NCBI GenBank assembly: GCA_002315855.1
Contig: DCIG01000048.1
Location: 5,582-69,581, forward strand
DNA from: Lentisphaeria bacterium UBA1732
GTDB taxonomy: Bacteria; Verrucomicrobiota; Lentisphaeria; Victivallales; UBA1829
DNA: 64,000 nucleotides
Reading direction: 5' to 3'
The notes beneath the pieces are model-generated. The model made no database searches, was not told the origin of the DNA, and saw only the letters and a list, made by a program, of their open reading frames with translations. Shown here one piece after another: positions 18,621 to 30,223 of the stretch; the first letter of the stretch is position 1, and each line of letters begins with the position of its first letter. Both the position numbers and the translations under genes were made by a program.

Positions 18621-20216
18621 ATGAAACGTTTCAACACAACGGGGACATGCTTTCCCAACAAACATTATATGGTTGACCTGACAGAACGCTGCGGGGAAAT
18701 CAAAAAGATGGTTGACAACGGGGATTATTTCTGCATCAATCATGGACGGCAATACGGGAAAACAACAACGCTGAATGCACTCAAAAAATATTTGAGTCCA
18801 GAATATGCAGTATTTTCGATTTCGTTTGAATCCATTGAAAGCGAATTTTTCTCGACTGACACAAAACTGGGGCAAAAATTTATCTCGATCCTGCATGAAA
18901 AAGCAGTTGACGGGCTTGTTACGAATCTTTCCGCAAAAACCATTGATTTTTTTCATAAAACGGTGGAAGACGGAAACAGCGGTCAAGTTGAATTAAAGTC
19001 AAAAATCAAAGAGATCTGCAGAAGAAATGAAAAGCCCATTGTCATTATCATCGATGAAGTAGATCAAGCCAGCAACTATGAGAGTTTTCTGAAGTTTTTA
19101 GGGATTCTGCGAGCCATGTACCTGGACAGAGAAGAGAACCCGACATTTCAGTCGGTGATTCTGGCGGGAGTCTACAACATCAAGAATCTCAAGCTGAAAA
19201 TACGGACGGAAGGGGATCATCAATACAACAGTCCGTGGAATATTGCGTCCGATTTCAAAATCAACATGGCACTGACGGCTTCTGGAATTGCCGGAATGCT
19301 GCAGGATTATGAAACTGAGCATCATACGGGAATGAACATCAACGAAACAGCACAAATGCTTGCAGAAGATACAAACGGTTATCCATTTCTGGTATCAAGA
19401 CTGTGCAAAATTATGGATGAAGATTTGATTACCACCGGGAAGTTTGCCAGTCTTTCGGAATGCTGGACCAAAAGAGGATTTCTGACGGCAGAAAACATGC
19501 TGCTGAAAGAAGAAAACTCGCTTTGGAGCGATTTGTCGAAAAAGATTTCGGATTTTCCCGATTTGGCACTGCTTCTGCGCAGGATACTCTTCAACGGGGA
19601 AAGCATTGCACTCAACCGAAGCGACCGGGCTCAAAATCTGGCACTGATGTTTGACTACCTCAAAGACAACGGGAATTACATTGTGGTATCAAACCGAATC
19701 TTTGAAACCTATCTGTACGATGCTTTTCTGTATCAAGACAATATGCAGAAGCGAGAATATTCAAGTCCGGTCAGTCAGAACGACAATATCTTTGTCCAAA
19801 ACGGACGTTTGAACATGGATTTCCTGCTGGAGCAATTCATCAAGCACTACAATGAAATTTTCCCGTCTGAAAAAAAGCATCCGAAATGGGTGGAAGAAGA
19901 TGCAAGGAAATGTTTCCTGATGTATCTCCGGCCAATCATCAACGGATCGGGACATTATTACATTGAGGCAAGAACCAGAAACAACCGTCAAATGGATGTC
20001 GTGGTCAACTACAACAATGAAGAATTCATCATCGAACTGAAAATCTGGAGAGGCCAGATTTACAACGACAACGGCATCGAACAACTCTGCAACTATCTGG
20101 AATCCATGCACGCGAACAAGGGTTATCTCGTGTCTTTCAACTTCAATCAAAAGAAAGAAACGGGACTCAAGACAACTCAATACGGAGACAAAACCATCGT
20201 TGAGGCTGACCTGTAA
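18621..20216 (+). CDS. AAA-ATPase with C-terminal PD-(D/E)XK nuclease-like domain
   Basis: FNTTG.C...HYMV, RQYGKTT, IIIDEVD, SPWNIA; C-terminal MDVVV...IIELKIW..G..QL..Y. Confidence 0.85.
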   Translation: MKRFNTTGTCFPNKHYMVDLTERCGEIKKMVDNGDYFCINHGRQYGKTTTLNALKKYLSPEYAVFSISFESIESEFFSTDTKLGQKFISILHEKAVDGLVTNLSAKTIDFFHKTVEDGNSGQVELKSKIKEICRRNEKPIVIIIDEVDQASNYESFLKFLGILRAMYLDREENPTFQSVILAGVYNIKNLKLKIRTEGDHQYNSPWNIASDFKINMALTASGIAGMLQDYETEHHTGMNINETAQMLAEDTNGYPFLVSRLCKIMDEDLITTGKFASLSECWTKRGFLTAENMLLKEENSLWSDLSKKISDFPDLALLLRRILFNGESIALNRSDRAQNLALMFDYLKDNGNYIVVSNRIFETYLYDAFLYQDNMQKREYSSPVSQNDNIFVQNGRLNMDFLLEQFIKHYNEIFPSEKKHPKWVEEDARKCFLMYLRPIINGSGHYYIEARTRNNRQMDVVVNYNNEEFIIELKIWRGQIYNDNGIEQLCNYLESMHANKGYLVSFNFNQKKETGLKTTQYGDKTIVEADL

Positions 20217-20492
20217 AACAAGGAAGCAACTGAAAGAATTTCAAACGTCACTGGAGAAAAGTTTTGGAATCAGGAGTTTGCCTGAGAAAAACAGAATCAT
20301 CCATTCATCAATCAGCGATGGAACGATTCAGCAGAAAACCAGTCAGCCCAATATTCAAAACACCTTGTTCATCATACCATGATTTCCCGATGTCATTGCG
20401 TACAATGGTTTTCGGGAATGAATCACCAGTCAGCGAAAGCTGATGATTCATATTTCCGCCGAAAGAGAGGGAGCGCATCTTACGGCAGATTT

Positions 20493-21758
20493 TCACTGCA
20501 ATTTCATCTGAGCGGGCTGGGTCGTACCGTCAGGAGTGAAAGTTTTCACCGGGACGGGATCGCGGAAATCGACAGGTCCGACACGGCGTGAAACCGGCCA
20601 GAACACAAAAGCACCGCGTCCGATAATATTCGCCGCAGGCACAGCCCCCCAGAAACGACTGTCAAGGCTGTTGGCAGTATTATCGCCCAGCGCAAAATAA
20701 TGATTTTCGGGAACCGTGTATTCCACATTTTCCGGCAAGATACCGGCGGGGATGTGTCCCTGATAGCCGCCCTGCCCCGAATAGACTTTGCGAAACGCAT
20801 CGCTCCATTCATAAACGGGCTTGAACTCCGGGGCATCTTTCGGGCGGATGAACAGGGTATTCCCCGAAATTTTCAGCGTATCACCGGGAAGACCGGCAAG
20901 ACGTTTGATGTAATAATAGCCGGTCAACGGCATTCCATTCGCTTTCAGATTCCCGGTATTGAACACAAAGACATCGCCGCGTTTCAGTTTGGAGAAATGA
21001 ATGGAAACGCGATCGACAAACAAGTGGTCGCCGCTGGAAAGCCAGCCATCGACGACAGGTTCGTCTTTCTGATATAAGGTGTTTCCATTCGGGACATTGT
21101 CCAAATAGCGAAGGATATTGTTTGTGGCATCACTGCCGGGCAAGACGTATTTGCCGCCGCCGAAACCGACCTGTGTCGCGGTCAGATAGAAGTCTCCGGG
21201 ACGATAGAAAAGAAGCGGAAGCGAAGCGGCAAAGGGACGGGAAAAGACCTGAAACTGTCCAGTGAAAAAACTGCGGTCCGCAGGAGAAATCAGTCTGGCA
21301 CGGGAAGCACCAAACGGGCGGAAAATTTTCGTCATGCTCCCGGTATACGGAGCGGCCTGTTTTTCATCGATATAATGAATGCCAAAGAGAGTGGGCTGCA
21401 TACTGCTGGTGGGAATCTGGAACGGCTGGAGGAACAAAGCACGCACTCCGAACGCAACGCACAGGGCAACGACAATCACGTCCAAAGTGCCTCTCATCCA
21501 ATGGGTGAACCCGGAAAGATTCTCAATGCCGCCAAACACTTCGATGAGGTTATTCAATTTATTGCGTTTCTCAGTAAGCGTGCCGGAGAGCTGCGATAAT
21601 TCGCTTTCGATGAAACGCAGGGCATCCTTTTCCTCCGAGGATAAAATATCATCATCGGAGACAAGTTTATGGTGAACGGAAGAACGGAGACCTTTCACAT
21701 CCTGTCTGAGTTTGTACCAGGCGCAGCAATCGCGAACCCAAGAGAGAGGAGAAGCCAT
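20493..21758 (-). CDS. lepB: Signal peptidase I
   Basis: QPFQIPTSSMQPTL, YIKRL.G.PGD, GDN..NS.DSR.WG.VP. Lies downstream of lepA. Confidence 0.92.
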   Translation of the reverse strand: MASPLSWVRDCCAWYKLRQDVKGLRSSVHHKLVSDDDILSSEEKDALRFIESELSQLSGTLTEKRNKLNNLIEVFGGIENLSGFTHWMRGTLDVIVVALCVAFGVRALFLQPFQIPTSSMQPTLFGIHYIDEKQAAPYTGSMTKIFRPFGASRARLISPADRSFFTGQFQVFSRPFAASLPLLFYRPGDFYLTATQVGFGGGKYVLPGSDATNNILRYLDNVPNGNTLYQKDEPVVDGWLSSGDHLFVDRVSIHFSKLKRGDVFVFNTGNLKANGMPLTGYYYIKRLAGLPGDTLKISGNTLFIRPKDAPEFKPVYEWSDAFRKVYSGQGGYQGHIPAGILPENVEYTVPENHYFALGDNTANSLDSRFWGAVPAANIIGRGAFVFWPVSRRVGPVDFRDPVPVKTFTPDGTTQPAQMKLQ

Positions 21759-21767
21759 GACGAGACC

Positions 21768-23579
21768 TTATTGTTCCTTGTTTTTCAAGACAGCGATAAA
21801 AGCTTCCTGAGGGATATTCACACGACCGATCTGCTTCATGCGCTTTTTACCTTCTTTCTGCTTTTCCAGGAGTTTACGTTTACGCGTAATATCGCCGCCA
21901 TAGCATTTGGCCAAAACGTTTTTGCGCAACTGGCGGACGGTTTCACGGGCAATGACTTTGCCGCCGACGGCAGCCTGAATTGCAATCTGGAACATCTGGG
22001 GAGGGATAACATCGGCAAGACGTTCGGCAATTTCGCGTCCGCGGGAATAGGCATAGTCCGTATGAACAATGCTGGAGAAAGCGTCAACGGGTTCGCCGTT
22101 GACAAGGATGTCCAGCTTGACCAATTTTTCCGCCTGATAGCCGGCAGGTTCGTAGTCCATGCTGCCATAACCGCGGGTGATGGATTTCAGTTTGTCGTGG
22201 AAATCGATGAGGATTTCGTGCATAGGGAGGTTGGCAGTGATGATGACATGTCGGCCATCCACGCTTTCCGTATTAGTGCAAATACCGCGTTTGGTCATGA
22301 CAAGATTCATAATATCACCGATGTATTCCGTTGGGGACATGATGTGCGCATTGATCATAGGTTCTTCAATGCGGTCGATTTCGGAGGGATCGGGGAGATG
22401 AATGGGGTTATCAAGGGGGACCATGGTGCCGTTTTTCAGATAGACATGATAAATCACGCTGGGATAGGTGGCAATCAAGTCCATATTGTATTCGCGGCGA
22501 AGACGTTCCTGAATGATTTCCATGTGGAGCAAACCAAGGAAACCGCAACGGAAACCGAAGCCCAAAGCGGCAGAAGATTCCGCCTGATAATGGAAAGCAG
22601 GGTCGTTCAACTGCAATTTCGCCATGCTCAGCTTCAGTTGTTCATAGTCGGCGGTGTCGATGGGATAAATACCGCTGAAGACCATGGATTTGACTTCCTG
22701 AAAACCGGGGAGCGGAGCATCGCACGGATTCAGGGCATCGGTGATGGTATCCCCCATGCGGGCATCCGAGGGGGATTTCAGGTTCGGAATCAAATAGCCG
22801 ACATCGCCGGGACCGAGCTGAGCGACAGCTTTCATTTCCGGGGTGAAGACACCGACTTCCTTGATTTCGCTTTCCAACCCGGTACTGAACATGCGGAGTT
22901 TCGTGCCGCGCTGAAGCGTACCGCTGAAAAGGCGGACATAGGTTACAACGCCGCGGTAGGCATCGTAGATGGAGTCGAAAATCAAAGCGGCAGGCTTGTC
23001 CGGATTTTTCTCATGTTTCGGGCAAGGGATACGCTGAACGATGGCTTCGAGGAGGTCGGGAATGCCGGTGCCGTCTTTCGCAGAAACGAGCAGGACCTCT
23101 TCTTTCGGAATGGCCAGAATCTCTTCCAATTGGCTGCAGCACAACGGGATGTCAGCAGCCGGGAGGTCAATTTTATTAATCACCGGGATAATAAAGAGGT
23201 TATGGCGCATAGCAAGATTCAGATTGGCAACAGTCTGCGCCTGAACGCCCTGCGTGGCATCCAAAACAAGAATCGCGCCTTCGCAAGCGGCAAGGGAACG
23301 GCTGACTTCATAAGAAAAGTCAACATGACCGGGAGTGTCAATCAAATTCAGTTCGTAATCACGCCCGTCTTTCGCCTTGTAATCCATGCGGACGGGGTGG
23401 GATTTGATGGTAATGCCGCGTTCCTGCTCCAAATCCATGGCATCCAGCAGCTGAGCGTGAACGAGGTCGCGTTTCTCGATGGTATGAGTGGCTTCGAGGA
23501 GGCGGTCAGCGAGGGTGGATTTGCCATGGTCGATATGAGCAATGATCGAGAAGTTACGAATGTAAGAAAGGTCTTTCAT
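21768..23579 (-). CDS. lepA: Elongation factor 4
   Basis: [59 protein letters not shown] at 23579 overlaps the upstream stop. Confidence 0.97.
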   Translation of the reverse strand: MKDLSYIRNFSIIAHIDHGKSTLADRLLEATHTIEKRDLVHAQLLDAMDLEQERGITIKSHPVRMDYKAKDGRDYELNLIDTPGHVDFSYEVSRSLAACEGAILVLDATQGVQAQTVANLNLAMRHNLFIIPVINKIDLPAADIPLCCSQLEEILAIPKEEVLLVSAKDGTGIPDLLEAIVQRIPCPKHEKNPDKPAALIFDSIYDAYRGVVTYVRLFSGTLQRGTKLRMFSTGLESEIKEVGVFTPEMKAVAQLGPGDVGYLIPNLKSPSDARMGDTITDALNPCDAPLPGFQEVKSMVFSGIYPIDTADYEQLKLSMAKLQLNDPAFHYQAESSAALGFGFRCGFLGLLHMEIIQERLRREYNMDLIATYPSVIYHVYLKNGTMVPLDNPIHLPDPSEIDRIEEPMINAHIMSPTEYIGDIMNLVMTKRGICTNTESVDGRHVIITANLPMHEILIDFHDKLKSITRGYGSMDYEPAGYQAEKLVKLDILVNGEPVDAFSSIVHTDYAYSRGREIAERLADVIPPQMFQIAIQAAVGGKVIARETVRQLRKNVLAKCYGGDITRKRKLLEKQKEGKKRMKQIGRVNIPQEAFIAVLKNKEQ

Positions 23580-26500
23580 GAGGCAGATTTGTCTCCTTTT
23601 GATGCAGGGTGAAGCAGTTTCCAGACGCGGAAATATTCGGAAATACTCCACGCCTGAGCATCACATCCACGAGCTTTATGCGGATAGTCGCCATCCATAA
23701 TTTCGACGACCTGCTGAATACAGTTGTTGTTAAGAGCCAAAGCCATGGACGACAAAATGCTTGTCGCCACAGACTTACCGAAACTGCCGTAGGTCATCCA
23801 GTACGCTTCGGGATAGAGAGGCATCATGAATGCCCATGCAGTGCCGTTGTGATAGGCAGGTTTACGGGATGTATCTTCATCCCCCTGATAATGACCCCAG
23901 TACGGATTTGCGGGGTTGTTGAGCAACCGTCCGTCGTGTCCGTAAACAGGGAGTTTATATTCCACCGGACGATCGGCAAGACTGCGAATTGCACCGGGGA
24001 TTAAAAGCATAGAAGTTTCGAGCAGAATCTCCTTGCGGGTTTCAAAATCGTCAATCAGCCCAAGCGTAATGGCGTAGAGCTGGTTCGGGCGCAAATGGTC
24101 GTCCGCAACAGCCGCAGAAGCAGGAGTCCCGGAAGTACAGTGCAGACAGTCGGAAAGGAAGCCTTCATCTTTCAGATAGAAGAGGTCACAGACCGATTTT
24201 CTGACTTTTGCGGCGAGAGCAATCCAAGGAGCGGCCTGATCTTCGGGCAGGATTTTTCCGAGGAACGAAAGGGAGGCAAACCAAAGAGCCTGAATTTCGA
24301 CGGGATACCCTTCGCGGGGAGTTCCGGCGGGATAATTGGTATCCATCCATGTGAAATGGGCAGGGCTGAACAGCAAGCCGCTTTCAGAGTCGAAACGAAT
24401 GCCATTGGGAGTGCCTTTCATCAAATCCTGCGCAAGCGAAAGCAGGACATCCAGCAGGGTTGTACCCGGACGGACTTCCGATGACAGGAAATCCGTACTG
24501 CCAAGAGCTTTGCACATATCACGGGCGGCAATGAACAGCCACAGCGGAGCATCGCTGGTATCACGGTTGCCGGTATCGGAGCCGGAAATCATGTTGCAAA
24601 TGGTACCATCCTTCGCCAGAGAGGCGAACTGAAGAATGATTTTCCGGACATCATCATGGAAACAGGGATCGGCAATCAGACCGCGCGAAACAATCAGAGT
24701 ATCACGCCCCCAATCCAGGAACCAGGGATAGCCGGCAATTACGGTTTTCAGATTGCCGCGTTTCACAATAAACTGGCTCAAGGATTTTTTCAGGGTGCTC
24801 TCAATATCATTGTCAGCGCAGCTGAAATCAGGAGGAGTATCGGGATACGGATGAATCAGATGGGTATTTTCATCGGTGCGAATCTGACCGATGAGGTAAA
24901 CTTTATCATCCGAAGTAAGCTGGAACATGAAACAGCCGGGGCTGTAAAGGTCAGTATTGGGATACAAGCCGCGTTCGGCTTCTTTCTCCTGATAATACAT
25001 ATAGAACCATTTGTCCGAGCGGAAGAAGAGACCGGAGGAAGCAAGGATAGTCAAAATACGGTCATTTGCGGGACGGAAACTGAAGCCTTTCGAGACCTCG
25101 GAAACGGCTTTCGGGAAAGAATCCTGCGGACCGTAAACGGCACGCGTTTCCTGGTGGAAACTGCGGTCTTCCAAAAGGGGACTGACCCAAATGGTAACGG
25201 GTTCGGTATCATTGATATTGTGTCCGCTTTCCGTATATGCAGTGCGATAGAACGTCATGCGGACGGCATTTTCTCCATAGATGAGCTTGATTTTCAACGC
25301 CAAGCCGACGATACGAGCATTTCCGACAGGGACGTGGAACGTCCAAACGGCACTGTTATCCGGGGTAACGTGGAAGGATTCGATCAGCTCGCCCGTGATT
25401 TCCTGTCTTCTGGCCCGATAAATCATGCCGAACCGGAAATGACGCCACATGACATGACGGTCAACGGGGATTTCGGGGTCGAGATTTGCAAGGAGAATCC
25501 CATCGTAACGACTGCTCAAATGGTCCAAATACAAGCACAAACGGGACATTGCGCCGCGTCCGTTCGTCTGGAGATAAACGCGATCGCGATGGAATAATTC
25601 ATCACGTGTCAAAGAGACCTGCACCTGAGAAATGTCTTCCGCAAGCTGCAGAATCACGGACTGTTCACGCCGGACGTGTCCGTCTTCCAGAGAAAAGACC
25701 TTGACCGTGTATTCCTTGTGTTCGGCAGGGACAGGGAGCTGCGGGAGCAAAGCGAAAAATCTGCCTTGAGAGTCGTGAATCGAGCTGACGGAGGCAACCG
25801 TATGATCCTGATCGCAAATCATGAAACGGAACCATTTCGGCGAAACGACAAGCAAGTTGAATTTCGGTGGAATCATCACTTCGCGCTTCAAATCGACAGG
25901 CAAGAGGAAAATCGTGTAAGGGATTTCCGAGTGCTGATTCAGGATTTTCAGGAGAAGGGATTCCGGATGCTTCAACAACATTTTCGCCATAGAGGGGATG
26001 TCATCATCCGCGAACAAAACCGAACTGCCGCGCATTGCGACCAAAGCACGGAGCACCATTGCGGCAGCCTGCTGTTCTTCCAGATTCCGGGAAACCGCAA
26101 GGATGGAACCATTTTCCGCCTCATCGATTTTCGGGAGCCAAGAATTATCGGGAGCAAGGCAAACGACATGCCCCGGAGGAAGCGTCAGGGAAACTTTGTG
26201 ATCGCGCATCCGGAAGAGAGAGAAGCGGCTTCCGGAGAGCAAATCGAAGACTTTGTCAGCATCAAAGGGCGCGTAAGAAGAATCCCAGACAACCGCCGTC
26301 GATTTCACACAATTCAAATTGACAACAATCAGCAAATGATGTCTGGACGTGCGGTCGCTGCGCGCAATCACGACACTGTCGGGGGAGTCCGTTTGCAGGC
26401 AATCCAAAAATGCGCCATTGAAGAATGCGGGATGAATGCCCAAAATGGTATTGAGGCGAGAAATCCACTGAACCTGATTCGGGTCGGCACCCCAATTCAA

Positions 26501-27904
26501 CGCATTGTTGCCGTGGACATCGATTTTTTCGGTGGCAAACCACTCCACCCCGGCGGTAAAACCAAAAGCCCCGCAGGAAGACGCCAAAGCACAAAGAGCA
26601 GTCCGCATTTTTGCATAGACGGGACCATTTGCGGCGAGGCGGCTGTTGTCGTGAGTTTCGGCATAATGAACCATCAGTCCATTGGAGGAAGATTCATTCC
26701 AAGCGTAATTGAGGTAGCCGCGAATCTGGTCGCCGGTATAATTCTGAAAGAGTTCCGAATAAGCCCAGTCCATATTCGCGATGTCAAGAAGCGTACTTGT
26801 GGTTTCGACAGCGCCGCCCAAGCCTTCGAGAAGGAAAATGGTTTCGGGATATTCATTGCGAACTTTGGCAATGATGTACTGCCAGGCATTCACGGGAATC
26901 ATGTAGCCGGCATCACAGCGGAACCCATCGACGCCGCGTTGACACCAAACAAGGAAGATTCCTGCGAGATAATTCCACAAGGCAGGATTGACATGATTCA
27001 TTTCAATCAGGTCGCCCCATGTAACGCCCCATGCGCCCGGCGAAACATACGTACCGTCCTCCTTGCGGACAAACCAGTCGGGATGCTCTTCCTGAAGTTT
27101 GGAAGCCCAGCCCGTGTGATTGATGGCAATATCAAGGAAGACACGAGCATTCCGCCCATGTACGGCTTCCACAAATTCGTGGAACTGTTCCAACGGGGAA
27201 GCGGCACGGTCAAATTCAGCGAGGGCGGGGTCAATCGCCGTAAAATCCTGCGAAGCATACGGACTGCCGAAACGCCCCATGCGAGCATAGGTGGTAGGTG
27301 TCGGAGTAATGGGCAAAAGATGAATAATGCGGCATTTCAAGGTATTGATGATGTGGTCAAGACATCGCGTGAGACGGCGGAACGTACCGCTGGCAGGAAT
27401 CACAGAATATCCCATCTGATCCAAATAATCAAGCTGTTCCTGCGTAACGCCTTCGGGCAAACAAGAATGAGCACGGGTCATCTCATCGCAGAACTGGCGA
27501 ACGAAAACACAGTAGACCGTATTGCAGGAACAATACGCGGCGGGCATCACGTTCAAATGGATGTTACGACCATTCACCCACTCGGTCAAGCCATCTTCAT
27601 TAATGATACCGCATTTTGCCTCGAAATGACCTTCATCAGAAAGCCCCAGCGTAATTTCAAACGTAAAATCATTCACCTGCTGCATGGGGAGGGAATTCCA
27701 ATCCTGCCCAATGGGAGACATACGGCGTTCCGCCTGAAGAACAATCTCCTGACGCTGGATTGCAGGAGTGCCAATATTGGTGGAAATGAAAGCACGCCCG
27801 GAGATGGGGCCATTGGCCGTCAACCGGAACGTAATGGTATCGCCGCAGCATTTCAGGATATGGCGACCGGGTTCAGGGAATTGAATCAATTCGAGTTTCA
27901 TCAT
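23576..27904 (-). CDS. Bifunctional glycogen debranching enzyme (GH13 alpha-amylase-like + amylo-alpha-1,6-glucosidase)
   Basis: N-terminal [19 protein letters not shown]; C-terminal [40 protein letters not shown]. Confidence 0.9.
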   Translation of the reverse strand: MMKLELIQFPEPGRHILKCCGDTITFRLTANGPISGRAFISTNIGTPAIQRQEIVLQAERRMSPIGQDWNSLPMQQVNDFTFEITLGLSDEGHFEAKCGIINEDGLTEWVNGRNIHLNVMPAAYCSCNTVYCVFVRQFCDEMTRAHSCLPEGVTQEQLDYLDQMGYSVIPASGTFRRLTRCLDHIINTLKCRIIHLLPITPTPTTYARMGRFGSPYASQDFTAIDPALAEFDRAASPLEQFHEFVEAVHGRNARVFLDIAINHTGWASKLQEEHPDWFVRKEDGTYVSPGAWGVTWGDLIEMNHVNPALWNYLAGIFLVWCQRGVDGFRCDAGYMIPVNAWQYIIAKVRNEYPETIFLLEGLGGAVETTSTLLDIANMDWAYSELFQNYTGDQIRGYLNYAWNESSSNGLMVHYAETHDNSRLAANGPVYAKMRTALCALASSCGAFGFTAGVEWFATEKIDVHGNNALNWGADPNQVQWISRLNTILGIHPAFFNGAFLDCLQTDSPDSVVIARSDRTSRHHLLIVVNLNCVKSTAVVWDSSYAPFDADKVFDLLSGSRFSLFRMRDHKVSLTLPPGHVVCLAPDNSWLPKIDEAENGSILAVSRNLEEQQAAAMVLRALVAMRGSSVLFADDDIPSMAKMLLKHPESLLLKILNQHSEIPYTIFLLPVDLKREVMIPPKFNLLVVSPKWFRFMICDQDHTVASVSSIHDSQGRFFALLPQLPVPAEHKEYTVKVFSLEDGHVRREQSVILQLAEDISQVQVSLTRDELFHRDRVYLQTNGRGAMSRLCLYLDHLSSRYDGILLANLDPEIPVDRHVMWRHFRFGMIYRARRQEITGELIESFHVTPDNSAVWTFHVPVGNARIVGLALKIKLIYGENAVRMTFYRTAYTESGHNINDTEPVTIWVSPLLEDRSFHQETRAVYGPQDSFPKAVSEVSKGFSFRPANDRILTILASSGLFFRSDKWFYMYYQEKEAERGLYPNTDLYSPGCFMFQLTSDDKVYLIGQIRTDENTHLIHPYPDTPPDFSCADNDIESTLKKSLSQFIVKRGNLKTVIAGYPWFLDWGRDTLIVSRGLIADPCFHDDVRKIILQFASLAKDGTICNMISGSDTGNRDTSDAPLWLFIAARDMCKALGSTDFLSSEVRPGTTLLDVLLSLAQDLMKGTPNGIRFDSESGLLFSPAHFTWMDTNYPAGTPREGYPVEIQALWFASLSFLGKILPEDQAAPWIALAAKVRKSVCDLFYLKDEGFLSDCLHCTSGTPASAAVADDHLRPNQLYAITLGLIDDFETRKEILLETSMLLIPGAIRSLADRPVEYKLPVYGHDGRLLNNPANPYWGHYQGDEDTSRKPAYHNGTAWAFMMPLYPEAYWMTYGSFGKSVATSILSSMALALNNNCIQQVVEIMDGDYPHKARGCDAQAWSISEYFRVWKLLHPASKGDKSAS

Positions 27905-27964
27905 GCAGACAATGTAGAGAGACGACAGCGGGAAAAGGGGAAGAATCCGAAAGGCATAAAGGAT

Positions 27965-28549
27965 TTATTCGACCATCATGTCAACGACTTTCGGATAGAC
28001 CGTAATTTCGAAGACATCGGATTTTGTTTTGAGTGTATTGAGGGAAATCTGAGCGTAAAGAGCGATATAGTAACGCGCCATTTTCCGAGGAGTTTTCAAT
28101 GTCATCAGGAAATCGAGGGGAACATCCATCACCGTGCCGTTATTCGGCTGAAGCACAAGCGGAGTGCGACGGGAACGTTTCGGACTGCTATCCAGCAAGG
28201 AAGCAGACGACCAGGCGACTTTCCAGTCTTCCTCTTTCACCTCATTTGCCTTGCCATGTTCGCAGAACGCATAATAGAGGTTGATATTTGCGGCTTCATT
28301 CATGTACCATTCATCCACAGAAACAGGAGTAACATCGACATTTTTGAGGAGGAATTTGATGTATTGACCTTTTTTTCCGATGGTGTAATCGCCACGAACC
28401 CGGCTGTGAGTCAAGGTCATTTTCGAGGTAATCGTGCGGAAATAAGCCGATTCATCAAATTGCGTGAGCGGGGCATTCTGTTCAGTGCCGGGGCAGCCAG
28501 TCAACAACAATGCGACAAGGAGCTGAAGCAAAATCAGGAAATATTTCAT
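27965..28549 (-). CDS. Putative lipoprotein
   Basis: Signal peptide with lipobox LTGC. Confidence 0.75.
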   Translation of the reverse strand: MKYFLILLQLLVALLLTGCPGTEQNAPLTQFDESAYFRTITSKMTLTHSRVRGDYTIGKKGQYIKFLLKNVDVTPVSVDEWYMNEAANINLYYAFCEHGKANEVKEEDWKVAWSSASLLDSSPKRSRRTPLVLQPNNGTVMDVPLDFLMTLKTPRKMARYYIALYAQISLNTLKTKSDVFEITVYPKVVDMMVE

Positions 28550-28576
28550 ATCATTTATCTCCGAGGCGGCAGGGAA

Positions 28577-29416
28577 TCAGTGAGGTGCGGTGGCAGAGTG
28601 TTCCAAAGCATCGCGCTGTTCATCATTCACGCCGGTATACTTCGGATTTCCGGGCATGATTCCGCGGTTGGACTGCTTAATGAAGTTCACGAAGAGTTCG
28701 ACTTCGGGGCAAACAGGGTCGCTCTTTTCGATTTGTTCAAGGGCATTGTGCGTATTCATTCCCTCGAAGAAATAGGTTTTGATGGCACGGCGAATCGCCA
28801 ACCGGGTATCGTTGCTCATTCCGGCACGGCGCAAACCAATGGTATTCGGACCGGAAATGAAGTTGGTTTCACGCAGCATACAGAACGGGGGCACATCCTG
28901 CCCGATCAGGCATGTGGGACCAATCATGGCAAGTTCTCCAATGCGGCAGAACTGGTGAATCAGAGCATAACCGCTCATGACAGCACCATCCCCGACATGG
29001 ACGTGTCCTGAAAGCGAAGTGTGGTTCGCAATGGTAACATGATCGCCAATCACGACATCGTGTGCGACATGAACAAACGCCATCAGGAGCGTATGGCTGC
29101 CGACAATGGTTTTCAGAAATTCAAAGGGAGGACGATGAATGGTAACGAACTCGCGGATGACCGTATTGTTACCGATTTCGCAGTAAGAAATCAAACCGCG
29201 GTAAAAACGATGATCCTGAGGTTCAGCCCCGACAAGGGCATTGAAATAAACACAGCAGTCGGAGCCAATCGTCGTATAACGGCAAATTTTGGCATGAGCA
29301 TCAATAAAAGTGTTGTCGCCAATTTTCACATCGTCCTCGATCACCGCATAGGGACCGATTTCGACGTTTTTTCCCAATTCGGCTTTCGGGGAAACAATAG
29401 CAGTGGGATGAATCAT
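28577..29416 (-). CDS. lpxA: UDP-N-acetylglucosamine O-acyltransferase
   Basis: MIHPTAIV, hexapeptide repeats, PQD, IREFVTIHR, HVAHD, GHV, HQF.RIG. Confidence 0.92.
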   Translation of the reverse strand: MIHPTAIVSPKAELGKNVEIGPYAVIEDDVKIGDNTFIDAHAKICRYTTIGSDCCVYFNALVGAEPQDHRFYRGLISYCEIGNNTVIREFVTIHRPPFEFLKTIVGSHTLLMAFVHVAHDVVIGDHVTIANHTSLSGHVHVGDGAVMSGYALIHQFCRIGELAMIGPTCLIGQDVPPFCMLRETNFISGPNTIGLRRAGMSNDTRLAIRRAIKTYFFEGMNTHNALEQIEKSDPVCPEVELFVNFIKQSNRGIMPGNPKYTGVNDEQRDALEHSATAPH

Positions 29417-29582
29417 TCTTTTACTCCTTTCGGTAAAGGACAGCTCCATTCAACGGGAATTTTACATCCCAATCAACAGAGTGCCTAAAAAAATCATTTC
29501 TTTAATATAATCCACTTGAAAACGGTAATCAAGCGGGATTATATTATATTATAGAAAAAACATCAAAAAAACAGGATTTTTC

Positions 29583-30140
29583 ATGAAACAAAAACTCAAA
29601 ATCCGTCCGGCACTGCTTGCCGCCATGCTGATTGCCCCGCTTTTTTCATCATGCGACAGCAAGGAAATTCAGGAGAAAACGGCAGAACCGGGCTGGATTC
29701 TGCAAGAAGACATATTAATCGGGACGAGTTTCCACACGGGGAAAGCGTACATCCGCAAACATCAACAATTCGGGTACGAAATCTTCTTTTCCAACGGGGT
29801 GGCGACCTCAACACGCGACCGTCTGCCACAGAATACGACTGAGAAAACAGACGCCACAGAAACAATCCCAAGCGGAATGCCGCCGGAAATGGTGCCGCCC
29901 GCCGCGATGTATCAATTATTCGCCGAGAGCATCACGCCTGAAACCGACATGGAGGCTTTCGCGCTCGCCGCAGGAACGCCCATCGCAGGACGCCCCGTTT
30001 TCAGCGTGGATTCCATGCAGGGCGTCATGGAATATTTCTGGATGCTCCCGGACGGGTGGATTCTGGGAGTCATCACAAAAGACGCGGTGCCATTTGAGAA
30101 AATGCTTCTGAAAGGGGCAATCCCGGAAGTCTGGCGATAA
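29583..30140 (+). CDS. Putative lipoprotein
   Basis: Signal peptide with lipobox FSSC; promoter-like TTGAAA..TATATT upstream. Confidence 0.7.
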   Translation: MKQKLKIRPALLAAMLIAPLFSSCDSKEIQEKTAEPGWILQEDILIGTSFHTGKAYIRKHQQFGYEIFFSNGVATSTRDRLPQNTTEKTDATETIPSGMPPEMVPPAAMYQLFAESITPETDMEAFALAAGTPIAGRPVFSVDSMQGVMEYFWMLPDGWILGVITKDAVPFEKMLLKGAIPEVWR

Positions 30141-30177
30141 AAAAAGGGTATCCGAAGCAAAATATGCCGCGATACCC
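30141..30177 (-). terminator. Probable terminator between convergent genes
   Basis: GGGTATC/GATACCC stem with an A-run on the plus strand (U-tract on minus). Confidence 0.55.
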
Positions 30178-30223
30178 GAAATTTCAAGGGAGAAAATCTC
30201 ACCTCAAATGAGGGGAAAGATTT

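Noticed and set aside
12109-23612. Long antisense ORFs 12109-13803, 15350-17200, 17149-18216 and 21669-23612
   Set aside because: In-register shadows of pfp, ask, hom and lepA caused by codon bias.
25676-29011. 1111-aa plus-strand ORF spanning three minus-strand genes
   Set aside because: It is in exact codon register with the debranching enzyme, lipoprotein and lpxA genes, which happen to share a frame. Antisense stops need TTA, CTA or TCA sense codons, which are rare here. No protein motifs.
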